Positions 1-10,608 of a stretch of DNA of 64,000 nucleotides are shown piece by piece. The notes under the pieces were generated by a model, which worked only from the letters and a program-made list of their open reading frames with translations, searched no databases and was not told where the DNA came from. The position numbers and the translations under genes are program-made. This DNA comes from Microthyrium microscopicum (lineage: Eukaryota), in NCBI GenBank assembly GCA_010405405.1, contig MU004230.1:1770627-1834626 (forward strand). The letters run 5' to 3'. Each line of letters begins with the position of its first letter. The stretch's first letter is position 1.

Positions 1-1
1 A

Positions 2-250
2 GCCAGTCTTGGTTATTGCTATAACCTCCTTCAGAACCGTTACCTTGGTTATGAGAACAAGGAGCAGGAGACTGTATCTGGCCCAGAAAATTCGGAGGCT
101 CACATAATGACCCTCTCCAATGGAGCTGACCGCAAGGAGTCACTCGAGGTTCCTCGCGCCCACAACGACATACTATGCGGTAAACTTGGCACATCTTACG
201 CAGTCTATTTCTATGATGGACTTATGTTAAATAGAAGGTTTGCTTCATAG
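2..250 (+). CDS. possible 3' end of a gene entering from the left edge (hypothetical, partial)
   Basis: Frame 2 is open from the edge to TAG at 248-250 (ASLGYCYNLLQNRYLGYENKEQETVSGPENSEAH...). No recognisable motif; a GTAAAC at 180 could be a donor site. Confidence 0.3.
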   Translation, partial: ASLGYCYNLLQNRYLGYENKEQETVSGPENSEAHIMTLSNGADRKESLEVPRAHNDILCGKLGTSYAVYFYDGLMLNRRFAS

Positions 251-649
251 GAGTGGACAGGCAGAAGAGGGTTGAGCTTATAGGAGCGGCGTATTTATAG
301 GCAGAGTTGCTAAGTGAAAGTATTATATTCAACAGACGTAAAGACACATAGTTGGGGTAAAAGTTGTTCAACAGAATGAAGTTCACGTTTATGACAGGCA
401 GGTACCTGTCGAGTTAAAAGCCCATAAAAGGTCTTTGATGAAATGTAAATAGAAGCACTGAATTTCGGATCATTGTGAAAATCAAACTATGACATGTTTA
501 TTAGTGATAAATAGCATCATAGCTGGGCGAGAGCACATATCTGGCAGCCCGTGACAAGTGTTTAGATCCATAGAATACATGTCTATACTCCAGTGTTGGT
601 AGAAGCAGACGTCCACTGAGGGTTGGTAGCATAGTACTCTTGATATGCA

Positions 650-1417
650 CTATGTTTGGAGCCGCTGGTTCGAGCCAGAGTCTGGGATAAACAGTCGGTC
701 CATCCTCGTGTTCAGAATATACTTGATAACCCGTCGCTCGGCCTTCTTCTTGCAGTCAACTGTGCGTCTCAAAGAGCACACTGGCATCGCAATCCCGATA
801 ACTTTCGGTTGTCCTAGAAGATTTGCTCCTGGCCCAATGTAATGCATGATCGTCTTATGGTATATAGCTGTAGCCTTGGAACCACAGACGACACAAGAAG
901 CTCCTCGTTTACTGGCGAGGATATAACGATCGTGTTTGTAGACGACTTGAGTAACAAAGTCCCTGATTTTGCCTTCCTGTGATTCAACTCTGGCTCTGTC
1001 CGGGTCCAGCGCTTCCTCCTCTTCACCGATGAGATTTCTGCAACGGTCGAGGGCAGGCTCAAGATAATCGGCGGCTTCTTGCATCTCGTCGCCAATACGG
1101 ATAAGCGAAGGAAAGCTATAAAAATTGAATTTGTCAATTGGGCCTCGCTTTTCGACTTGGAGTTCCTTGAGGGTCGTTTCATATTCTTCAACTCGATGTT
1201 CGCTCTCGGCGATTCTACGATAGGTTTCGCATTTGCCGGTCTCATCGATGGAGTCACCAGATGGGTCTAGAAACAGCTCGAGAGCAGCCTGTTCGATGTA
1301 TAGAAAGACATCGAACACTTCGGTGTTGTTCTTCTCGTCAGGATTAGGCGTACCAATGGCGATGTTGACTTCGACGCGTATAGCATCAACTAACGTGGCT
1401 GAGGAACGGCGACTCAT
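650..1417 (-). CDS. hypothetical protein, 255 aa, with acidic helical N-terminal half and C-terminal CxxC...PVC...C putative Zn-binding motif
   Basis: Single ORF with good ATG context (AAAATG) and protein-like composition; motif SCVVCGSKAT...MPVCSLRRTVDC. No family recognised. Confidence 0.6.
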   Translation of the reverse strand: MSRRSSATLVDAIRVEVNIAIGTPNPDEKNNTEVFDVFLYIEQAALELFLDPSGDSIDETGKCETYRRIAESEHRVEEYETTLKELQVEKRGPIDKFNFYSFPSLIRIGDEMQEAADYLEPALDRCRNLIGEEEEALDPDRARVESQEGKIRDFVTQVVYKHDRYILASKRGASCVVCGSKATAIYHKTIMHYIGPGANLLGQPKVIGIAMPVCSLRRTVDCKKKAERRVIKYILNTRMDRLFIPDSGSNQRLQT

Positions 1418-2388
1418 TTTGACTTATGGGAAATGTTGGGCTTGGGTGGTTTGATCCGTGGTTTGGGCTCTTGGATAGTCAGTGGCCATCATGGAGGTTT
1501 ATGTAGACTAAGCTGGGAGAGCCACTGTATATCACAATCACTTCACTTGTTATAGAAGAGTCTCTAGAGATATGAATCACGGGCCAGACTGACTGATCAT
1601 GGGCTGTGTGAATGGATAGCATGGAGCATCTAAGGAGTGAATCGCTGCAAATCAGCTGCCCTGCAGTCAGCGTACGAAAGACTTTCATCAGTTAGCTTTA
1701 TTCATAAGTCCAACTTACAGTCGACTTAATCTGCGCAAACCTAACTTTCAAGTAATTGTAGACCCCTCTGACATCTTTGAAGTGACTTGAGAAGCATCGT
1801 TTTGGCATATCAATAACCTTGAGCACTGGATCATGCAACACAGAATGGAGTATCAGTACAGGCATTAAGTACCTTATTCTACGCTTCAGACTTATTTCAA
1901 AGAGACGGATTTACAGTATAACCTTCTCGCTGGAGCGTTTATGGTTGGTTATGGTCGTCTCATCTGCTCCAGCTCATGGCTGAACCCCAAGTTCCGAAGA
2001 CAAGATTTCGCGTTTCTAATGCGATTCACAACAGCAATTCGCGCCGTGAACGCCAAATACCTCCAACTTTATCCGAAATCAGAACGAGGTCCATGTTATG
2101 GTCTATTTTGAAAGATAAGCAGCGCAGTGTTCTCACCAGCAATTCCTCAACCACAAACTCATCCACTTCAACCTCATAGCGCTCCACTTAGGGGAGATAA
2201 CTCGTATCTTGCTTATGGTCTTTTTTTCAGCTACACGCATCATTAGGTTCTGTTAACTTACAGAGAAAAGTCTGTGCGTTTTCACGGCTTTTTCACAAAA
2301 AGCGATAGACTCTTCACAAATTAACTTGCCATCTACGACCACAACTGCTATCGCCCCTGACTCCATTCAGACCATTTCAATCCTCAAA

Positions 2389-3036
2389 ATGAATTCCCAT
2401 ACACCCGGCAAAATATCCAACAAGAGGCAAAAGAGGTCCAGAAAAGGCCTCACCAAGCCCCACCGACTTCCCCTATCTGACGCCATGGACGAGATTAAGC
2501 GTCTTGAACAACTCCTAGAGCAGAAAATGGAGAAATACTTCAAGCGCAGGGAGAGATGGCAAGCCAGATGGGATCCAGCAACGGGCCGGCCAACTGAAGA
2601 GCAGATGAAAGACTCTACAGAAGAACGCTTGCGCGCTGAGTTTTTCAAGCACAAAGATGCGAAGCCTCGTTGCTACAGTTGCCGTATCAACCACGCAGTA
2701 TGTGATTTCCTACCACTTCCTGTGTCACATCCTCCAATACTGATCATGCTAATTGGCATCGTTTCTCAATAGGTGATGCCATCCGGCTCCGAAGCCCCAA
2801 ATGGCACCGAAGATACTGAGCTTCTGCCCTGTGGCTGTTCCTACAATGGAGCTATGTTGCAGATGTTCTTGGCTAAATCGGGCTTATTTGTGAAGGGAGA
2901 AGGTCCGGACAGCTTAGGAGTTCAACGAGTTCTCTACGTGAAGATGTTTGAGGTCTTCTTTGGCAAGTTCACTTTCGACAAATTGGTCAACGGTGCAGGC
3001 GCTCGACTAGAGGCTGCAAAGAAGCAGGCTTATTAG
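2389..3036 (+). CDS. hypothetical protein, ~190 aa, two exons, with CxxCxxxH and CGC motifs
   Basis: Exons 2389-2697 and 2773-3036. Phase-0 intron 2698-2772 (GTATGT...GCTAAT...CAATAG) joins ORF-track fragments 2326..2772 and 2773..3036 in frame (CYSCRINHA|VMPSG...LPCGCSY). Confidence 0.65.
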
Positions 3037-5359
3037 GAAGGTCGTCGAGCCTTTCTAGCCAAGAGTCTACCATTTGATGAAGAAGACGGCGCACACTCTG
3101 ATCCTGCTCCTTAGACAGGCATGATGTACCTGTGGGCACTGTTGGGCTCCTTCTGTTGAATGAAAGCCTTCGTATGTGATGAAAAGGGGGCGCGGGTGGT
3201 TAGTATAGTCGACTTATTCCCTGATTCTGTACTTTCTTTACTCTTTTGTGTGGCGACAGTCTTTTATGGCAGCGGTCCATAATGATACGGTACGACTGTT
3301 CTTCACCTTGCGACTGACTCGATCTGCGTTTGTCCAGAACTGCCATCGCCACTGCTCAACCCAGTCTCAACTATAAATGATAGTCAATCAACCGTTTCAA
3401 CTAATTACTTCAATTTCTACCCAAAAGTATCAATCTGGTATTTATATCACTCTCTACCAAGATGTCCACGGTGCGCCTCAGATAGTAGTCAAAACGGACC
3501 TGGCGAGCATTCTTTCCATCATGGAACAACACGATGGACCATGGTTTGGCAAACGTCGCATAGCACGATCAACGAAAAGTAGCCTTTGCGTAAGCACGAA
3601 AAATCCACCGACATCCTCCGCCTAGTTTTCGGGGCATCCTCCTGTGCAGCATTGCTTTTTGTATCCAGTCCCTGTATTTGACCCTCTCATCAGTTCTAAC
3701 TTCTCTGGCTTCAGTGATTACAACTTACAGCAGCATGCTAAAATGAAACCGGATCAGTTCTATGATTTTCAATGCTAAATTCAGATCAACTCACCTGCGT
3801 CTCCGCACCTGCTCGAACCGCACTCTGTTTCTCCAGCATTGCAACTACCAGCACAAAAAGGCGATATACCATCCCAACGGCAACTGAGTGCTGGCACAGG
3901 TTCCACTTTGGTATCAAGCGCAGATACACCATCTTGGAAGTTCAGATCAGAGTATCTTCGTTAGGACGTTGCTATCGACATTTACCGCGCTCAAGAATTC
4001 CCGGGCTTGTCGTGGGTTTGGCCATAACGATAGTTGCTAGTACGCAAAGAATGATGGACTTGGAGAAATGCATTTTCAAATATGGTGAAATGTTGCAGGC
4101 TTCTATTCAGAGCTTGAATAAAATCTTTTAAGAAGGAATATGGTGGCTTCTCTAGGTCATACTTATACGTTTGTATTGTTAGACACATGGCAGGCCCAAA
4201 GATCGAGAGGAGATCATGTACAACGCTCGATGAGCAATTGAGTATAGCATCCGTAACAGGTGCGATAACACTAATTCGCCTAACAATGTAAGTAAGCTTT
4301 AGATCGTGTAGTTTCCCCACCTGCGATGCTACACAACTGTGAATATCATGCGAATGATTGCTAACCAAAAGTAGTTTCTGAACGAGCGGCTGGCTCACGG
4401 TGGATAGCAGTATTTTTGTGTCACAAATCAGGCCTACCATAAAGTCATCTCAACGACATAGCGAAATGAACGACTCTTTCTCCCATCAGACTTGTTGGCT
4501 CCTAGATGCTACGCTCTTTTACTGAGTGCTTTTTCTGCCATCAAGGATGTTCAGACTTGGAATGATTTATTGAATACAATGGGAATGTAGCACCCTTTGC
4601 TTAAGAGCGTTGGTAGCAGCCATCAGAGTCAATGGGAGAACGCTATCTATTTTGTCATGCCGTTGGCCGTTGTCCAATCCCTCAAAATGTGCCCTTTGAA
4701 ACATACTTTTGGCCAGTCAGGTGGCGGTAGTGAGCTGCTCGACTCAAAAGTGCGAATTGCTAAGAGTATGAAGGAAAACACTTATAGATTGTGCCACAGA
4801 GTCCCTGTTAGCGAGTAGCAAGATCATCCAGCTCAGTTACTAGGAAGAAAGAACACAGAACCAGCTCGCGCTGTACGACAGACATTAGATTAGCCTTTTT
4901 TATAGTATATCAAGTTGGGATCACCAAAGTATATCTGAAGACACAAGCCTAACACAGGTGAAGTATCTGTCTGACCCAAATGTGAATGGATTTGATTTTC
5001 ACCAGAACGAATCGTCTCCAGAGAATCTAGAACTATGGCAGAACCTTTTATCGATGGGGACGTCGGTTGAATCGTCGTATCTGCTTCTTCCATCCAACTG
5101 CAAACAGTGGTGAGTTGTTTTGCAAGATCGCTCGAAGGCAGAAGTCAGTCAAGTCAGTCAACATCCTCTAAGAAAGCAACAACAAATGAACAACATTGAT
5201 ACCATTCCCGATATATAGAGTTAATGAAGGACTACCCCAGTCTCCTACTGACTTTTAGCATTTGATATTGGCATTGATCCAGTAATATGCCCAGTGGCCC
5301 ACCATGGCACTTATCAAAACTTGTCCTTCATTACCAACTCGAAACCATATCCCAACCTC

Positions 5360-6004
5360 TCATTCCCCAACTCTAACCGTGCCATCCGTCCCTATAACCA
5401 CCGACTCTGGCACAGTTGAATCCAGCATCTCAATCGGTCTTCTCTGCGACCGTCTCTTGCCATCCCTACTCTCTCCCCTAATCCTACTCGCTTCCCGTTC
5501 CAAACTTCTCCCTCTAGCCACCAGATCTGCCCTTTCACTATCAACTTGTCTCTCTTCATCAACCACACCTCCCAGCGCTCTCACAACAACCGGCCGTACA
5601 CCCCTAACCAACTCCATCAGCCCATAACCACTATTCCTCTTTGTTGACCCACTACTAGTACTACTACCATTTCCCCAGATACCACCACTACTCACCCTCC
5701 CGCTGTTATTCGTTTTCGTATCCCATACCCGTCTCCCCTCACCGACAACTAACTTCCGTGCCTTCCAGCGCTCATCTGCTGCTCGTGAACTATTCGACTC
5801 TGCCAGACTACCTAGCTTCGCTTCAAGAATCTCCTGTGCGCGAACGTATTGCGTGGCACAAGCGAGACAGAGAATGGGTAAGCGAAAGGAGCGGAAGGGG
5901 TGGGCTCTGGGCGAGCAATTGGGAGCGTCTGCACAGCGGAGGATGGGGGAGGGGGCAAAGATGGTGTGGAGACAGGTGTGGATGTAGAATGTGTGGTAGC
6001 ACAT
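5360..6004 (-). CDS. hypothetical protein, 214 aa, Cys/His-rich N-terminus
   Basis: ATG-initiated ORF beginning MCYHTFYIHTCLH...C...C...H...CLAC, a style of N-terminus seen in many small fungal orphan proteins; Arg/Gly/Ser-rich C-terminal half. Confidence 0.55.
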   Translation of the reverse strand: MCYHTFYIHTCLHTIFAPSPILRCADAPNCSPRAHPFRSFRLPILCLACATQYVRAQEILEAKLGSLAESNSSRAADERWKARKLVVGEGRRVWDTKTNNSGRVSSGGIWGNGSSTSSGSTKRNSGYGLMELVRGVRPVVVRALGGVVDEERQVDSERADLVARGRSLEREASRIRGESRDGKRRSQRRPIEMLDSTVPESVVIGTDGTVRVGE

Positions 6005-6826
6005 TGTGCTTAGGATGGGGTATGGTAGGTAGGGTGATGAGTTTCAGTGACGGCGAAGAGTGGTAGGGGTATGTTATGTATTGTTGTGGGAGTCTTAAAG
6101 GATAATGCGAGTTTCGTAATTGATATGATGGGTTATTTGGTGCAATGGGTTTGTTAGGAAGTGATGATATGTATGTTTGTGTCTGGTATGGATATGAAAT
6201 GGGACATTTAGTCTACACAAATAGGTAGGTCATACTATTGGACATTTGTGCGAATCGTCGATGATTTGGATATACTGTAGTAGGAAGATGTGACTGCAAT
6301 GGTTGCTAGAACAAAGGCCATTCATCGTTACTGCTGTCAGTAATTTGACTTTGATGTATGTGTGGTAAAAACAACAAAGAAGCTTCAGATAGGGACGTTG
6401 AAAGCGGTTCTCTATACTTGAACAAAGACCTGGAAGTTTGAAAGTAGTTATGAATAAGGACAGCTCTGTCGATATAGCGCTTCAGAATTGATCAGTCATC
6501 TAGCACATCCAAACAAGGCACAAGTCAATATCTCAATTTCAAAATTCAAGTCATATCAGTTTTGTAACAATGTGAACTAAGTTTATGTCAAGCCTGCTAA
6601 GCGGGGCGTTAAGCCCATGATAAAAGTACTTCTATCCTACAAAATAATATCCACACACAAGACGCCAAAACACTATGCAAAAGCCGGCTCTTCATCCGAG
6701 CAGGCTCCAATACGCCAACTAACGATTTCAGTTGCATCACAACTTGCGCGCTCGTAGGAGATACTCATCAACAGGCTTCAAAGCCGGTGGAGGCATCCTA
6801 ACAACAAAGGCAGTCGAATGATCCTT

Positions 6827-8269
6827 CTAGGATTTGACCAGTTTTGACTTATGTGGTGGAGTTCCCTTAACCCAGTCCCAAAAGCGCTTTAACGCGTTGC
6901 GGTTCAGGCTCTCGCTGAGTTTCCTATACTCAAACATTTCACCCCAGCAATCGCGGCCCCATTCACAGCCAGCCATGTTGACGAGAAAGTCGCGGTCCGC
7001 TGAGTCGTAGTGGATCTTGGTGTTTGGACCCTTGTCGTTGCAGGCACCAGGGGGGAAGCTGTTGATGCTGCGCTGTGGGAGGAAGGCAAAGTGGGAGCGA
7101 ACCCAGGGCTGGTTGGTGTACATCCATTCGAGCGCGTCTTGTTCCTTGTGTTCCCATTCCATGTGTTTTTGTTCGTATCCAACTGGGTCCCACCATATGT
7201 CTAGGAGTCTGTCGGTCCAGGCGCTACGTCGGATGAGGAATGAGCCTAGATTGAAGCCTCCGCAGTCTTGGGGAACTAGGAGGTTGATGGAATCGGCTTT
7301 GCCGTCGCCAATGGCTGATCGGGAGATGGGATCGAGGAATTCATCGGTGGGAGGATGGCTGATGTTTAACGGATTATATACGTTGATGTCTCGGTAGACC
7401 TTCTTCTGTATGTCGTTGAAAATATGTGATTGCAGGGAGTAGGTTGGCTCCATAATGAATGTATGAAGATCAAGCCACCAAAACCTATAAATCGGGTTAG
7501 AAGACCGATTTTGAAATCCGAGTAAACTCACCACTCAGCGTTTGGATACTTTCGCATTGTGTTGCGAATGGTGTCGACTTTTTCCCAACTTTCTCGCCAC
7601 TCATGAGCGTACCGCTTCTTGGTGCTCATATCAACCATTTCAAGCTCGTATCCCCATCTTTTTGCGTAGGCTTTCTTGTTCTTGACACTATCACGTTCAA
7701 TTGCCCATTCGCGAGGACCTTTCCATTCCATTACACCGCCGCCTAGATTTGTTGCCAGCATTATGACATATTTGCTGCCGCCGCCGAGAAATGCAGTTCG
7801 TCTCCAGGTATGTAAAAGTGCTATGATGGTTAGTCCACGTATGCGCTCCAGGTTACAATGACTTACGATATGCAATGATAAAGAAGAGAGCCACAGCTGC
7901 CAGTATAATTGCAAATGGAGCTCTCAACTTCCAAACCATCCTTCCAATATGTGCCGGGACTCGCTTTTGCCAATCGTCAGGCCGCCGACCACGTCCCTCC
8001 TTGTCGGCGTAGTCTTTCGAGGAGTTCCAGAATGGAATATTGGCAGATATCTTGCGCATATGAGTTTGAAATTTTTGGCCTCGAGGCGAATAGGTTGAAA
8101 AGCTCTTTGCATCACTTTTCGACGAGGCGCTCTTCCACGAGACGTTGCTTGGACTGGCAGCGTACCGAACTGGACTGGGACGACGACTTGTGCCATCGAC
8201 AGGAGTTGTCAGACCCGGACTTGACCAGCCACCGCCTCGTTGTGGAGAAGGAGATCGCGAGAGCGACAT
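6827..8269 (-). CDS. MNN10: GT34 (GMA12/MNN10 family) alpha-1,6-mannosyltransferase subunit, ~449 aa
   Basis: Exons 8269-7867, 7820-7532 and 7484-6827, with canonical introns 7866-7821 and 7531-7485. Single TM segment. Motifs KKRYAHEWRESWEKVD, WFWWLDLHTFIM, QDCGGFNLGSF, EHKEQDAL and FLVNMAGCEWGRDCW match the Mnn10 family. Confidence 0.92.
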
Positions 8270-10608
8270 GTCCACAAAGCGCGGCGCGCTAGGGGACGTC
8301 GCAGATTCGTCGACAGCGCTGCTTCTTGATTCGGCTTGGATGGGAGCAAGATGTTTTGGAGGTTGCGCGGAAGCCCGTCGGCGGTGGGAGGAGGTATTGC
8401 GCTTGCTGGAGGCGGGAGAATCCAGCGTGGAGATGAGATTGGAGATAGCAGGAGCGGAGGAGCGAGGAGACAGGGGAGTCTAGGCGGTGGAGGAAGACTC
8501 AGGGCGAGCAATTTGCTTTCAGGTGTTCAATCGTGGGTATGCACGGTAGGGAGCTGGGCCCTGGTGGATGGATGGTGTTAGGGCAGGTGCCAGAGGTCGG
8601 GTAGGAAGCTAGTACTGTAAATATGCAATGCCTCAATGTGCAATGTGCAGTAGACAAGCAATGAAGGGCAGATGTATGAACGGACGGACGTATTGAGATG
8701 AGCGCTGGGGAGTAGTTTGAAGCGAGTGTGTGTCGGAGTTGTAATAAAGGTAAGAGGTACACAGGTAGGTAGTAGTAGATAGACTCGGTCTGTCTGGACT
8801 CTGGAGAGATTGTGTTATGGTTACTCAACCAAGTACTCTGACAAGTACAAGACGGCAAAAGCCAAATGACATGCAGGGAGACTGGCGTTGCCAAGTATTT
8901 CAGAGGTACAACAGTATCAACCTCCGAAGCTTAGAGTTGACATCTGGCTCTTTCAGCAACTCGTGAGATGTTGTCCAAGATTTTGTTGATGAGATGGAGT
9001 TGAATTGGTATGGCGTACCATTTCTGCTTCTAATGGCCAATCGCTTCACAATTCGGCATTGAAGGGGTAGGTAGGTATGTACAATGTCAATCATGACCAC
9101 GAATAGCGAATTGCAGATAATGATAGCCATTTACGGGTTAGCGGCAGAGAATGAGTGCCAAGGCGCTAATACCCTACAACGGGAGAACGGCCACTACCGA
9201 CTCCTTTAAATCCTTTCTTCCAATCTTTCAATGTTAACTTGTCTTTATCACGCTGGGTCATCAGCAATAACCATTAACCAAGACATGACCTCTTTTGTTC
9301 TTGTTGCGCCTATAGCATCAGGTGTCAATAACAGTGTTCTTGAACCCGCCAGTCATATTGACACATCACTTTTCGGCATAGTGGCTTCATGCTTCATACC
9401 TACTCTACCTTCGGAGGTACTGTATGCTACCCGCAGCACCCGTGGATTACTTGTTCGGATGAACAACATATCCATGGGTTACGTTGAATCTGACATTTGG
9501 TTCTATGCAAAGATGAATGAAGACTGCGAGTATCGGTTCCTACCATTATCTAGATGTCTCTGATGCTCAGCGTTATTCGGCACCATTCGACTTTCCATCG
9601 TCTTTTTCGGATATCATTGGCTTGACGCTGTGGAATGACCGAAGCCATATCCAGAAGGCACAGGCGATCATCAGTACGGGGATCACCACGTTAATAGCCA
9701 GGCTTGCCATATTCCTGACATCCGGGTCTTACCCAAAGTATGGGATCTGGCCTATATACTACCGTACCCGATCAGGCAACTTTTGATGCAGCTCACCCGG
9801 AATATCTACCAGACTACAGCTGCGTTTATTTTATGCACAATTAAGCTTTTTGCGTTCGGGAATTATTCTTCTTCTCGAAGGCGTCTTCAGTGTCCATTCA
9901 AGCTCGATGGCGCTGGAAACCCCCAATCGGACGCTGAAGACTGGGACTGACTTGGAAGGAATCGACTAGATGGCCACGCCGCATGCTCACGAGTCCAATG
10001 CCAGCGCGTTTGAAGTCTGGCGGCAGGTTTAAGGGCGCCAGAAGCATCTGGTGGATCAAGTTGCATCAAGCAGCATATTCATAAGCGCTGGGTAAGTTGC
10101 AGCATGGATCTGAGCAGGGATATTTTGAGCCTCACGTCCAACAAGGCTGTCCAATCATTCCATTTCGCCTCTTGCAAGCGCCAGCCACCACCCCAAATTT
10201 ACCCACTTTGTCTCTTCTAGCTGCCCATTCATGCCATTCTCATAGGCTCATTAGAGATTTGATCTCTTCGATATACCCAAATTAGCTCACTAATCTGCCA
10301 CAAATTGATCCTAGTATAGCCCATCATTGTTCTCCTCAGCCTTCCCATGCTTCATGTCTTGTTTCTTGTCTTGTCTTTTCAAATTTCTACTTCCATTTCC
10401 CTTCTAACACCTAATACTATCTCTTAATACTCATTTCTAGGCCTTCTGGAAAGGCCATTTTCGCTAATACGATACCCGATATCTGTGATATCTTCAAAAT
10501 ATCTTTAATATTCCTCAAGCATAATCATTCTCCACAATATCACCAGTAGGATTCGCCATTTAGCCGCGAAGTGCGAAGGATCAACTCTTTGCATAAATCA
10601 CATTCCCC

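Noticed and set aside
3377..4440. Short overlapping ORFs, a frame interrupted by several stops, and a twice-repeated KRRYTI word
   Set aside because: It could be a decayed gene, but no consistent exon chain or recognisable homology can be supported by eye.
9231..10285. Several 60-110 aa ORFs between MNN10 and the 984-aa gene
   Set aside because: No motifs, codon bias or splice support; this is more plausibly divergent promoter and UTR sequence.
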